From NCBI GenBank assembly GCA_964458595.1, contig CAYWJQ010000003.1, positions 48,200 to 112,199 on the forward strand: a DNA stretch of 64,000 bases, written 5' to 3'. Of the stretch, positions 10,028-20,345 are shown in pieces. The stretch comes from an uncultured Thermoplasmata archaeon (lineage in GTDB: Archaea; Thermoplasmatota; Thermoplasmata; Halarchaeoplasmatales; Halarchaeoplasmataceae). Position numbers and translations under genes: made by a program. How positions within the stretch are numbered: the first letter of the stretch is position 1; each line of letters starts with the position of its first letter. Below the pieces are notes generated by a model that saw only the letters and a list, made by a program, of their open reading frames with translations, was not told the DNA's origin and made no database searches.

Positions 10028-11200
10028 TCAATCTATCATCTCTTTCAGTTTGCTCTCCAGTTTTTCCGACGTTATGTCCGAAAGTGATACTTTGGTTGTC
10101 CGACCCGAATCGTCGGATACGGTCTTTGTACCTAGAAGTCCTTCGTTCGAAAGAGATTTCAGATATTTCCAGAACTGTGTATGGCCCAGTTTTTTCATGT
10201 CGTACTCTTCACACAGCAACTTGTAAGTCTCTTCTATCTCGCCCGTGATAGTGTAGGTTTGATCTTTCAGTTTTCTAGTAGCGGATAATAGGATGATCTT
10301 CTCTTGCTTATTCAAGTTCTTCAATCTACTTTCGGTAAAATGAGGATCGACTTCGCCTTTCGCAGACCTTATATCCTCGATAGTGATCTCGTTTCTTCCA
10401 TCCATCTCCGCTATAAGTGCCGATTTTTCCAACAGCTCTATCGCGAATCTCGCATCACCGTTTCCATCCCCTTCTTTTCCCGTAATGTCTGCCAAAAGTT
10501 GGATATTTTCCTCTGCTATGGAGCCTGGATATAAAGCCATGTCGACTCTATCTTTCAGTATGGGAAACAGATCATCGGAACTGTATTTGGGGAATCGGAC
10601 CCTGTTGCTTCTTTTGAAAGAACTTCTTGCACTTTCCTCGAGCAGTTCGAAGGCGTTCTTCTGAGAGATAAGGATAGTGGAAAGATTCCCCTCTGGAGAA
10701 AGCTCCTCTTCATCGAATCTGGACAGAAGATATATCAGATCTGACCCGTCCTTCTGTATGAGCGCGTCTATCTCGTCCAAAACCACGAAAAGATGGATGT
10801 TTCTTTCTTCTATTTTTTCCTTGATGATCTTCATCATCTCTTCGACTGAAAATCCTCTATCGGGAAATCCCTTGTCGAAATGGTGAACCACTTTCCACAT
10901 CGCCGAACTGTTATTTTTCCGCTTTCTACAGTTGACGAATACGTATTCGATCATCTGGTCTCTTTTCTCCGCCCATTCTTCGAAATCCATGCAGAACCGT
11001 TTTGCGGTCACGGTCTTGCCCGTACCCACCGGGCCATGGAGCAGAACATTCTGTGAGACTTTTGAAGAGACGATGCCCCTGTACAGACCGAACAATTTCT
11101 GCATCTGCTCATCACGATTGGGGAGATCTTTTGGTATGAAATCGAATGAGAGTTTCTCCCTGTCCTCGATAATCTTACCTGTCGATTTTTCGAAATTCAT
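10028..11200 (-). CDS. cdc6: Orc1/Cdc6 replication initiator family ATPase
   Basis: Walker A GPVGTGKT, Walker B VVLDEID, GDARFAI, C-terminal wHTH with GRTT. Confidence 0.93.
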   Translation of the reverse strand: MNFEKSTGKIIEDREKLSFDFIPKDLPNRDEQMQKLFGLYRGIVSSKVSQNVLLHGPVGTGKTVTAKRFCMDFEEWAEKRDQMIEYVFVNCRKRKNNSSAMWKVVHHFDKGFPDRGFSVEEMMKIIKEKIEERNIHLFVVLDEIDALIQKDGSDLIYLLSRFDEEELSPEGNLSTILISQKNAFELLEESARSSFKRSNRVRFPKYSSDDLFPILKDRVDMALYPGSIAEENIQLLADITGKEGDGNGDARFAIELLEKSALIAEMDGRNEITIEDIRSAKGEVDPHFTESRLKNLNKQEKIILLSATRKLKDQTYTITGEIEETYKLLCEEYDMKKLGHTQFWKYLKSLSNEGLLGTKTVSDDSGRTTKVSLSDITSEKLESKLKEMID

Positions 11201-11246
11201 CTAAGTCTCACGTTTTCGTTTTTGTTTAAAACCCTCTCATATAAAA

Positions 11247-12509
11247 CTATGACGGCAGTTCGGAATCACAGACTTCGCAGACTTCGGCTTCTGGATCGTT
11301 GAGATGATTACATATCGGGCACTCCAATTTATTTACTTTTTTCTCTCTTGAATTTTCAGATTCATCTTGTGATTTTTGTATGACCTCGTCTATATCTTCG
11401 AGATCATCCATCTCGGTGTCGGATTTATTCGCCTCGGGACTCGGTTTGATTATCCTTTCCTCGGGGCCTTCTTTTTCTTCCTCTATTATACTTTTGACGA
11501 TCTCTTCGCTTTCCTCTTCATCTTCTTCTTTCATGGGATTCCCCTCATCTGGTTCAGGTTCTTCAACTTCATCCTCTTCTGTAGATTCTTTCACTGAACC
11601 ATCGCTCTCTTTTTCCACGTTTTCTTCTTCAACTTTCTCGCTCGGTTCTTCCTTTTCCTCTAGTTCATCTTCAGCTTCTTCCTCTTCTTCTTCGATCTCT
11701 TCTTCTGTCTTTGGAAGAACCGATCTTTTTATAGTGACCTTCTCTCCCATCGAAAGAGATCCTACATATTCAACGCTACCCTCTACGGAGACCCCTTCGT
11801 GTAATTCGACGTTACCTCCAGATGATATATCTGTGATCTGAGACTGCTTACCGACCTTTAATCCTTCCTCGCTTTCGATAGCTTGGAGTTCGTTATACGC
11901 GCCTATCTCCACCTGTTTGCCTTTGACCAATCCTTCTATCTCGCAATCGTTCCCCAACCTTACATCCCCTGAAAGCGATATCACATCTCCTTCTACTTTA
12001 GTTTCGTCTTTTATATCTATTTCTCCATCGGCTTCTATAGACCCTTTGACCTTCACCTCGGATTCCACTTCGACAGTTCCGTTGGATTCTACACCTCCCG
12101 CGACCACCGTATTGGAATGCAGACTGACATCTTCTCCGCTTCTAAGAGCAGAACCCGAAAGCGATTTTTCCATCCTTTCCATTTTGTTCATCAATCTTTC
12201 GTTTTCTCTACTGAGTTCTTCTACCTCTTTTTCCAACTCAAGGTTGGTCTTCTTGAGATCTTTTATAACTTCTTCTTTCTCGGCATCGACTTCTTCGGAC
12301 GATAACCGCCTGGAGAGTTCGTCATCAACCTTTTCTATTTCTTTTTCCTTTCTCTCTATATTTTGTTTCTTTTCTTCTAGTATCTCCCTATTTTCCTTCT
12401 CTAGATCCTCGATTTCACCTTTTAGATCTTTTTTTTCTTCCCTCAATTTTTTTATCTGATCACGATATTTTTTTAATTTTTTCCTGATATAGTCTTTTTC
12501 TTCTTCCAT
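11247..12509 (-). CDS. Coiled-coil + bactofilin-like beta-helix + acidic linker + Zn-ribbon protein
   Basis: N-terminal heptad coil; repeated V-x-G-x-I beta-helix strands; C-terminal CPIC...CEVC. Confidence 0.65.
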   Translation of the reverse strand: MEEEKDYIRKKLKKYRDQIKKLREEKKDLKGEIEDLEKENREILEEKKQNIERKEKEIEKVDDELSRRLSSEEVDAEKEEVIKDLKKTNLELEKEVEELSRENERLMNKMERMEKSLSGSALRSGEDVSLHSNTVVAGGVESNGTVEVESEVKVKGSIEADGEIDIKDETKVEGDVISLSGDVRLGNDCEIEGLVKGKQVEIGAYNELQAIESEEGLKVGKQSQITDISSGGNVELHEGVSVEGSVEYVGSLSMGEKVTIKRSVLPKTEEEIEEEEEEAEDELEEKEEPSEKVEEENVEKESDGSVKESTEEDEVEEPEPDEGNPMKEEDEEESEEIVKSIIEEEKEGPEERIIKPSPEANKSDTEMDDLEDIDEVIQKSQDESENSREKKVNKLECPICNHLNDPEAEVCEVCDSELPS

Positions 12510-12572
12510 CGGAAGCACTCCTGATTCGAACTTTTATAAAATAAATCATCAACATTATTTAAGATTTCTTTT

Positions 12573-13199
12573 TTACCCCTCTAATTCTTCCAGGACGCCT
12601 TCTATCCTTTCCTCTTCTATTATGCCGACGAGATCCCCCCTTTCAGCTAGTCGCTCTATATTCTTCGCCATTACTCTTTCCCTGTGTTCTTCCAGTTCTT
12701 GAAAGCCTTTCAATTTATTTATAGTCAGGTCCCATTCCCTAACGAATTCTTCCGGTTCTTCGGCCTCGATGCTTTTACGATGCAATCTTTTTTCCCTCAA
12801 AGACTGCCTGATCCATTGTATACCGGAGACATGGTCGCAGTATGCCATCGTGTAATGTTCTTCGTCCATATCGAGCGCTTCAAGATCGATCTCGTTTTTT
12901 GAACAGTATTCTAAGAAAAAGGTATATGATGGCGGAGGCAGACTCACTTCACCGAATTTCTTCAACTTCTCCGCATATATCTTTTCAGGAGTCGACGGTT
13001 CTATTTCGGTATCTAGATCGTCTTCGGAGATGAAATCTTTCAATCCCTCTACCTCTTCTTTAGATATCGGGAGCGCCCCCACTTTGAAATTTAATTCATC
13101 TATGATATCTTCCAATCTATCCGCTTCAGAGACTAACCCCTTTACTATCCCTATCAGATGCACTTTAGAGCCATTTTTATCGATGCTGTAAGAGCTCAT
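12573..13199 (-). CDS. Conserved hypothetical protein
   Basis: 208 aa ORF overlapping the upstream gene by ATGA. Confidence 0.6.
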   Translation of the reverse strand: MSSYSIDKNGSKVHLIGIVKGLVSEADRLEDIIDELNFKVGALPISKEEVEGLKDFISEDDLDTEIEPSTPEKIYAEKLKKFGEVSLPPPSYTFFLEYCSKNEIDLEALDMDEEHYTMAYCDHVSGIQWIRQSLREKRLHRKSIEAEEPEEFVREWDLTINKLKGFQELEEHRERVMAKNIERLAERGDLVGIIEEERIEGVLEELEG

Positions 13200-14146
13200 G
13201 TTTCCCCTTTCCTTTCGGCCATGAGTTCAGAAACTTCGGTCTTATCCTCTATTTCGGACAGTTCGTCCTTTTGGATTAGCGGTATACCTTCGATATTCAT
13301 CCGAGTGCAGCTCTTATGGATGAATATGACGGAATCTTTTTCGGTTATATCCGAGAGGTCCGAGACGATCTTAGCTTTTTTCTTCAGTTCCGCATCCTCT
13401 TCTGAACCGACCCCGCTAAGGAACGCCGTTTCCTCGCCTTCTGTAACGGCTTCGAAAGGACAACTAGAAGTGGGAACTATCCTATAGCCGATCGATAAAA
13501 GGGTCTTGAAGATGACTCTCTCCAATCCCGAATACTGGTCTAGACTGTCTTTGTATCCTTCTTCCGACTCCTCGTTTTCGAAAGGATTTATCGGCAGTAT
13601 AAGGTCTTCTCCTAAGAACTCCTGAAGCTGCAGAGCGACGTCGAGATCCGCTCCCATACCGTCTTCGTATTTCTGGATCGATTTTCTAGAAACGCCTGCG
13701 ATATCCGCCAGTTTATTGAGGGATATCTGATTTTCTTTTCTAGCTTTTTTGAGGAGTTCCGAATCCATCTTTACATAAAGACCTCCAGGAGCTGAAAAGA
13801 CGTAGGGAGGAACTCCTTCGAGTACCATATTTTTTAGGGTCTTCACAGACAGTAGAGGTATACCCTTTCTCGAGTAAACTACTCCCTCTTTCAGTTTTTT
13901 CTGTCCGCCTGTCCAGGCTATAAGGAGAGTCGAGGCTCCGATAGCGTTGCTCAACACCTTTAGCCTCTTCGCATCTCTGATCCTGGAGCTGTCGGCATTA
14001 ACTGTCACACCGATAACTAGAAGCCAATCGTCCCTTCGGGCTATTATATCGAAGGGCATGGTCTGCTGGTATTCCCGTTTTGAGAGATAGAAACCAGCTT
14101 TAGAAAGTACCTCCCTCACTTCCTCTATCAGTTGGGGTCTGTTCAT
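13196..14146 (-). CDS. Archaeal HTH transcriptional regulator (COG1395-like)
   Basis: FDIIARR, APGGLYV, ISLNKLADIAGVSRKSIQKYEDG. Confidence 0.85.
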   Translation of the reverse strand: MNRPQLIEEVREVLSKAGFYLSKREYQQTMPFDIIARRDDWLLVIGVTVNADSSRIRDAKRLKVLSNAIGASTLLIAWTGGQKKLKEGVVYSRKGIPLLSVKTLKNMVLEGVPPYVFSAPGGLYVKMDSELLKKARKENQISLNKLADIAGVSRKSIQKYEDGMGADLDVALQLQEFLGEDLILPINPFENEESEEGYKDSLDQYSGLERVIFKTLLSIGYRIVPTSSCPFEAVTEGEETAFLSGVGSEEDAELKKKAKIVSDLSDITEKDSVIFIHKSCTRMNIEGIPLIQKDELSEIEDKTEVSELMAERKGET

Positions 14147-14260
14147 CAGTATCTAAATGAGCTAAAGGTTCTATATAAAGGTAACGAGTTTTAGTCATCT
14201 CTTGAACTTTTTCGGCCATTCCGACGCTATTCTAGTCTCACAGAAAGATATTTATATTAC

Positions 14261-14286
14261 TGTGTAATTGTGCACACAAATGCACA
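14261..14286. promoter_or_regulatory. 12-2-12 inverted repeat, probable ArsR operator
   Basis: TGTGTAATTGTG-CA-CACAAATGCACA (10/12 symmetric), downstream of the TATA box TATTTATA and overlapping the arsR ATG. Confidence 0.7.
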
Positions 14287-14549
14287 GTTTATTCAAGACC
14301 TTGGGCTGCGAACTCCGCATCGAAATAATCCGATACCTGCTGGAAAAAGACGATTTCACCTGTATCTGTGAAGTAGAGGACCTCATCGATAGAGACAGGT
14401 CAGTGGTTTATCGACATTTCAGGAAACTAGAGTCGGAGGGTATAATAGAGACGAGAAAAAACGGCAGGAAGGTCGAAGCGGCTGTGAAAAGACCCGAGGA
14501 GATAAAGAACCTTTTCCAGATAGCTGAAAAGATGAATCGAAAAAATTGA
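14280..14549 (+). CDS. ArsR/SmtB family repressor
   Basis: FKTLG..LRIEIIRYL, CICEV metal site, RSVVYRHFRKL helix. Confidence 0.85.
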   Translation: MHSLFKTLGCELRIEIIRYLLEKDDFTCICEVEDLIDRDRSVVYRHFRKLESEGIIETRKNGRKVEAAVKRPEEIKNLFQIAEKMNRKN

Positions 14550-14561
14550 GGAGGTAAAAAT

Positions 14562-14801
14562 ATGGAAGTAGAAGTTTTAGGATCGAGCGGTTGTAAGAAG
14601 TGCAGTAAGTTGAAGGAAGACATCGAGACGATAGTCAACGATATGGAGATATCAAATCAAGTCACAGTTTCAAAAGTTGAGGATCCTAAGGAGCTTGCCA
14701 AGAGAGGGATTATGAGCACACCGGCGGTTATCGTAGATGATGAGGTAAAGTTTAAAGGCCGCGTCCCCAGCGATGAAGAGATAAAGAAGCTATTCAGATG
14801 A
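14562..14801 (+). CDS. Small thioredoxin-like protein (MTH895 family)
   Basis: GCKKC and GIMSTPAV motifs. Confidence 0.85.
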   Translation: MEVEVLGSSGCKKCSKLKEDIETIVNDMEISNQVTVSKVEDPKELAKRGIMSTPAVIVDDEVKFKGRVPSDEEIKKLFR

Positions 14802-14805
14802 GATC

Positions 14806-15735
14806 ATGGTGTTCGAACTAATAGCCGATACACTGGTCTCTCTTTTGCCCGTCACCGGTAGAGCGGCTGCCTCTCTGCATTTTTTCATCTATGACAGCCT
14901 TAAGATCACCTTTATCCTCAGTTTAGTCATATTCGGAGTAGGGTATCTAAGAACTTATCTTCCCCCTGAGAAGATCAGAGATTTTCTGACAGGCAGACAC
15001 AGTATTTTCGGGTACGTTCTCGCGGCTTTTCTAGGTATAGTTTCACCGTTCTGTTCCTGTTCGACGATACCGATAGTCCTCGGTTTTGTCGGTGCCGGCG
15101 TTCCCTTCGGTATGATAATCACTTTCCTTTTCGTATCGCCAATGGTGAACGAAGCAGCGATCTTCGTCTTCATAGGCGTCTTGGGTTGGAAGATCACCCT
15201 TCTATACGTCGTTTCCGGTGTGATCCTCGGCATAGCGGGCGGATATACTTTGAAGAGTTTGGGCTTTGAGAAGTACTTGATAGATTTAGAGTCGGGAGAG
15301 AACTGCCACTGCGAAGACGCCGTATCCGTAAAGGAAAGAGCGAGAAGAGCATACCGAGAAGCTAAAGATATCATCAAGAGCGTTTTACCTTACGTCCTTA
15401 TCGGAGTAGCGGTGGGAGCTGCAGTACACGGATACGTACCTAGGGAATTGATAACGAGCTATTTAGGAGGACCATTGGCAGTCCCTGCTGCGGTACTGGT
15501 CGGCATACCGATCTATACCAATATAATGGGAGTCATACCAGTAGTAGAAAGTTTGATAGGTAAAGGTCTACCCGTCGGTACTTCATTGGCGTTCATGATG
15601 TCGGTAGCAGCCTTATCTTTTCCGCAGTTCATAATATTGAAAAAAGTGATGGAAAAGGAATTGATACTGGCTTACGCGGCTATGATAGGAACAGGGATCA
15701 CACTCTTAGGATTTTTCTTCAACCTGATCTTATAG
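14806..15735 (+). CDS. ArsP/DUF318 family permease
   Basis: PFCSCSTIP motif, multiple TM helices; arsR-thioredoxin-permease arrangement. Confidence 0.88.
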   Translation: MVFELIADTLVSLLPVTGRAAASLHFFIYDSLKITFILSLVIFGVGYLRTYLPPEKIRDFLTGRHSIFGYVLAAFLGIVSPFCSCSTIPIVLGFVGAGVPFGMIITFLFVSPMVNEAAIFVFIGVLGWKITLLYVVSGVILGIAGGYTLKSLGFEKYLIDLESGENCHCEDAVSVKERARRAYREAKDIIKSVLPYVLIGVAVGAAVHGYVPRELITSYLGGPLAVPAAVLVGIPIYTNIMGVIPVVESLIGKGLPVGTSLAFMMSVAALSFPQFIILKKVMEKELILAYAAMIGTGITLLGFFFNLIL

Positions 15736-15830
15736 GATCTTAAGAGGATTCGACGCTCTCGTCCCGCCCCATGATAGCAAAGCAAAAAACTAAACTAGAG
15801 GCATTTCTATTTCATCCTAGGCGGGTTAAC

Positions 15831-16550
15831 ATGACGGAATTACTATACATGGAAGATATCGAGAGCAATTATATCAGGGAGTTCGAGGCAGTAGTCGAAC
15901 GATCAGGAGAAGATTTTGTCGTTTTGGACCGTTCTGCTTTCTACCCGGAAGGGGGCGGTCAGCCCTCCGATACCGGAAAGATATCCTGGGATGATAGAGA
16001 CGCGGAAGTGGTCGAAGTGGAAAAGAAAGGGGAGATAATCCACCGCTTGAACGGCGAGGTTCCCGAAGAGGAAACGGAGGTCGAAGCCGTTTTGGATTGG
16101 GATAGAAGATATGAGCATATGAAACTTCATACCGCTCAACACCTCTTTTCCGCAGCAGCTTATAATATGTTCGGAGCTTCGACTGCCGGAAACCAGATAT
16201 ATACAGATTATTCTAGAGTCGATTTCGGGCCTGTCGATCTATCTAAAGAAGAAATCGATGAGATGCAAAATGAAGTGAATCGGGTGATCGAAGAAGGTAA
16301 ATCCGTCAGTGTGTACGAGGAAAAACGAAGTGTTCTAGAAGAGAAGATAGAGAAGAACCGGGTCAATCTGGACCTTCTGCCGGAGACTATCGAGGTATTA
16401 CGGGTCATAGACATCGACGGATACGATATCTGTCCCTGTGCGGGAACACATGTTAGAAATACCGAGGAGATCGGTTCGATAGAGATAGAGGAAGTGGAAA
16501 ACAAAGGCGAGAAAAGACAGAGGATATATTATGAATTAAACAAAAATTAA
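15831..16550 (+). CDS. alaX: Alanyl-tRNA editing protein AlaX
   Basis: FYPEGGGQPSDTG, HTAQH and CAGTH motifs. Confidence 0.92.
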   Translation: MTELLYMEDIESNYIREFEAVVERSGEDFVVLDRSAFYPEGGGQPSDTGKISWDDRDAEVVEVEKKGEIIHRLNGEVPEEETEVEAVLDWDRRYEHMKLHTAQHLFSAAAYNMFGASTAGNQIYTDYSRVDFGPVDLSKEEIDEMQNEVNRVIEEGKSVSVYEEKRSVLEEKIEKNRVNLDLLPETIEVLRVIDIDGYDICPCAGTHVRNTEEIGSIEIEEVENKGEKRQRIYYELNKN

Positions 16551-16585
16551 AATACATAAAAACTATTCTTTATTTTGTGTGAAAG

Positions 16586-17894
16586 GTGAATTGGAGAAAG
16601 CCATATGTGGTGATTATAGCTTTAGCCCTTATTTCTTTATGCGTATCAGTAGGAACTGTAAACTCAGCTGATGGACCTAATAGAAAATGGGAGAAGACCT
16701 TTGGAGGAAATGATAGGGATACTCCATCCCAAATAATACAGACAAAAGATGGCGGATACCTTGTAATAGGGGATACGGAATCTTTTGGTGCAGGTAAGGA
16801 GGATTTTTGGGCGTTAAAATTGAACTCTGAAGGCTCGATAGAATGGAACAAAACCTATGGTGGTGAAGGGTATGACGAACCGGGTTATATTATAGAAACG
16901 GACGATGGAGGATATGCGATAGTCGGTCATACCACTTCTTACACCAATGGACGAAAAGGATGGTTGGGTTGTGAAAATAGATTCTGAAGGAAATAATGAG
17001 TGGGATGAACATTATGGCGGTTCCGGAAACGAAGTTTTCCATTTCATAGATCAAACAGGTGATGGAGAATATGTAATCCTTGGTTATACGGGTTCTTTCG
17101 GCGGAAAAGATAGAATATGGTATTTAAAGATAGACGACAAGGGAGAAACGAAGCAAAACAAGACATTTGGTGGTGAGTTTGGCGGCTTTAAAGACGCTAT
17201 AAAAACGGAAGATGAGGGATATGCGCTCACCGGTTGGTACGATAAGGAAGGAGACGGTACTACGAATTCTTGGTTAATAAAAACCGATACCTCAGGAGAA
17301 GTGGAATGGAACCAAATTTATAGCGACTCTTCTGAATATTTAGCCACTTCTCTCATCCAGACTTCGGATGGAGGATATGCGATTTCAGGAAGGATAGAAA
17401 AATCGAAAGATGATGAGGATAATTTTTGGTTGATGAAGGCCGATAGTTCAGGTGAGAAAAAATGGAGTAGCTCGATGGGTGGCATGAATACCGACAAAGC
17501 TTGGGACTTAATTCAAACAGATGGAGGAGAATACCTGATGGTAGGAATCACCTATTCTTTTGGGGCCTCACCTTACACCGATCTTCTATTATTAAAAGCG
17601 GACTCATCAGGTCGTGAAATTTGGAATAAAACATACGGAGGAGAAAAAGGATATTGTGGATATTCGATCATAAGAACGGAAGATGGGGGTTTCGCCACTG
17701 CAGGAAAAATCAACTACCATGATGATTTTTATATATTAAAATATGAAGACGAAACTACTCAGGGCGATGACGGAGGAGAGCAAAACGTTGATGAAAATGG
17801 CGATAACATACCATTTTTTACGTCGGGAAAATTCTTGATCATCATCCTATTGGTCTCGTTAGTCACGGAAATTAAGAAACAAGAAAATAACTGA
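16586..17894 (+). pseudogene. Secreted beta-propeller-like surface protein, split by a frameshift
   Basis: Signal peptide, W-x-KTYGG / DGGY repeats continue across two frames; shift at the A4 run 16954-16957; C-terminal TM tail. Confidence 0.75.
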
Positions 17895-17905
17895 TTCGTT
17901 TCTTA

Positions 17906-18604
17906 TCAAAAATAGAGTTCCCAGTACACGGTGGAAGCTAACCAGTCTTGCTTCTCCATAAATTTTTCGTCTATTTTTGTAAATCCCTCAGCAATATCTT
18001 TGGGTAATATCTGATAGAGACCGTAAGGGATCAAAAAGCTTTCATGAAAGTTGAAATCTTTTACCACGTCCATATCCTCGAAAATATCGATCAGACATGA
18101 ATTAGAATAAAGTCTGCTGTCCTGCGGGAGTACCCATTGGTAAAAAAGCCTAATGCTCATCGGATGTAAACTTTCGAAAACAAATTTATCTTTAGTGACT
18201 CTTTCGACTTCCTTAACAAAATCAGAGATGTCTTCTGGGTCTAGAAGATGGATGAATCTCATACTCGTCGAGACGTCGAAACATTTGTCTTTGAAAGGCA
18301 GGTTAAGAGCGTCACCCTGTAGACTTTCGACCTTATTCTGGACTACCATCTCTTTACTGGCATCTAACCCCACCACATCGGCACCTTTTTCTGAAAGTAA
18401 TTCCGCAAACCGACCCGTTCCCGTTGCGATGTCCAGTACCTTTTTACCTTCTGGATCGATGAGCGAAAGCAAGGTATTCTTTTCTTTAGCATCTAAAACT
18501 TCTCCTCCGCCCGTGAACCTGTGTTCGTCGTAACTGTCCGCAACATCCTCTTCTCTGTACCATTTTTGTCCCTTTTTGAACATATCGAGCACCGCTGTAG
18601 ACAA
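17906..18604 (-). CDS. Class I SAM-dependent methyltransferase
   Basis: VLDIATGTG and GDALNLPF motifs. Confidence 0.88.
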   Translation of the reverse strand: MSTAVLDMFKKGQKWYREEDVADSYDEHRFTGGGEVLDAKEKNTLLSLIDPEGKKVLDIATGTGRFAELLSEKGADVVGLDASKEMVVQNKVESLQGDALNLPFKDKCFDVSTSMRFIHLLDPEDISDFVKEVERVTKDKFVFESLHPMSIRLFYQWVLPQDSRLYSNSCLIDIFEDMDVVKDFNFHESFLIPYGLYQILPKDIAEGFTKIDEKFMEKQDWLASTVYWELYF

Positions 18605-18712
18605 TTAGAGAATAGTATATGATTTAAATTTTTGCTGAATCGAAACATATCTAATCGCGATGTAAAATGAGCAAAAATTATATTACCTCATACGGCGATA
18701 GAGCCTTTAGAG

Positions 18713-19582
18713 GTGGCCTTAATGGGCACTAAAGAAGAGTCTAAAAAACCTTCCCCGGCTGATCTGGCTAAAAAGATTGCCGAGAGCACTTTCGAGAACA
18801 CGTTTTTCAACAAGGAAAATAATAACAGCTACGGCCATTTCAGCAGCGTCATCAAAGAGATAAAGGACGGTAAGGGTGGGGAGAGCCACCTCGTGAAGAT
18901 AAGACCTCCTCTTTTTTATCTGAATGGCGTTTTGAGCAATATATCTCGACTTCTGTCCGGTACGAATTCTCGAAAGATACTCGACAACGAGCGGTGGAGT
19001 CTTCGGGAGAGTGAATATCTGAAGACCATAAATCCTGATTTCGAAACCGATGAGACGCCACACGAAAATGCCATAATGATGGAAAAGATAGACGGAGACG
19101 TCGCTTTCGATATCTTACGCTCAAAGTCACTAGAGAACAGGAAAAAATTGAAAGTTATAGAAAAGCTCGCCGAGGCTTTAAAAAATATACATGAAAAAGA
19201 TCTTTATCACGGAGAACCGAATACTCAGAACTGTCTGATAACTGAAGATGGTGAGATATATTGGATCGATTTCGAGATAGAATATCATAAGGAACTGTCC
19301 CTTATAGAAAAGAAAGCTAAAGACCTAGAACAGCTGACGCTCTCCATTTTAGGTGCGTTCGAAGAGGAAGGCGAGGTGGGATTAGATGACGAAGAGCTCA
19401 TCGATTTGGTATTGGAAGCTTACAATGAGAGAGACGTGATCTCTCAATTCATTAATAACGCCCACGTGCCTCTGATCGGACCATATCGGATATATCAGCT
19501 TTCCTTCGTCTCGGCTTACAGATTTTATCAGGTACAGCTGAACGTTTTAAAATACTTGAACTGCTGGGAGTCTGAAATTTGA
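18713..19582 (+). CDS. Protein-kinase-like fold protein (Bud32/RIO/Kdo-like)
   Basis: IMMEKIDG, YHGEPNTQN, WIDFE motifs (catalytic HGD appears as HGE). Confidence 0.65.
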   Translation: MALMGTKEESKKPSPADLAKKIAESTFENTFFNKENNNSYGHFSSVIKEIKDGKGGESHLVKIRPPLFYLNGVLSNISRLLSGTNSRKILDNERWSLRESEYLKTINPDFETDETPHENAIMMEKIDGDVAFDILRSKSLENRKKLKVIEKLAEALKNIHEKDLYHGEPNTQNCLITEDGEIYWIDFEIEYHKELSLIEKKAKDLEQLTLSILGAFEEEGEVGLDDEELIDLVLEAYNERDVISQFINNAHVPLIGPYRIYQLSFVSAYRFYQVQLNVLKYLNCWESEI

Positions 19583-20142
19583 AAAAGGACTACCTTTCTA
19601 AGTTCTTGGAGAATCCTTATACACGGTTCCTGCTGTCTATCTTACCATCTACGATAGCCGTCTTGGTTATATATTCTCTAGGCCCGGAAATTTATATCCC
19701 CGCAGCCAGTGTCTTCATAGCTTTCTATTTTGCCGTCGGGTTGGGCTGGATCGTTTCTCCAGCTGTTGCTCTCGCATCTGGATTGAATCCCGTAGGTGTC
19801 GTGGCTCTTCTAGTCTTTATATCTTCTCAAAGTTCTCTGATAGTAAGTCTTAATTATAACTTACTGGAAAAGATACCGTTGATAGGTAGGTATGTCAAAA
19901 AGCTCCGAACGAAGGCTAGAGAGATTATCGAGGAAAGAGAGCTGGCAAAAAAAATAGAGTATGTTAGTATATTTTGGCTCATGTTTTTACCGGTCTACGG
20001 AACAGGACCTAACGTGATGTCGCTGGTGGGAAGACTGCTGGGCTTGAAATGGCAGAAAGTTTGGCTGGTGATCACTCTATCCGCCACGGTTAGATTTACT
20101 TTGATAACGGCTCTGATGTACCTCGGTTATGTTTCGATTTGA
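19579..20142 (+). CDS. Membrane protein (small multidrug export family-like)
   Basis: Several TM helices; FLPVYGTG motif. Confidence 0.6.
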   Translation: MKKDYLSKFLENPYTRFLLSILPSTIAVLVIYSLGPEIYIPAASVFIAFYFAVGLGWIVSPAVALASGLNPVGVVALLVFISSQSSLIVSLNYNLLEKIPLIGRYVKKLRTKAREIIEERELAKKIEYVSIFWLMFLPVYGTGPNVMSLVGRLLGLKWQKVWLVITLSATVRFTLITALMYLGYVSI

Positions 20143-20345
20143 TTATTCTTTATTTTGTTATAAAGCTTCATTTATCCGAAAGTTTTAAATAGAACGACCG
20201 ACCAGATAAGTATAGACTGGGGGTGGAGCGAGGCTGGAACAGCGTCGATAGTGCTAAAATAGATTTTGAAAGTACGATTTGAATAATCAAGTCACCCTCG
20301 AAAGAACTCGCCTCCTATGAGAGGTGCTATATTTAGGTGGTATGT

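Noticed and set aside
9225-11246. Replication origin next to cdc6
   Set aside because: Flanking gaps are under 100 bp and show no ORB repeats or unwinding element
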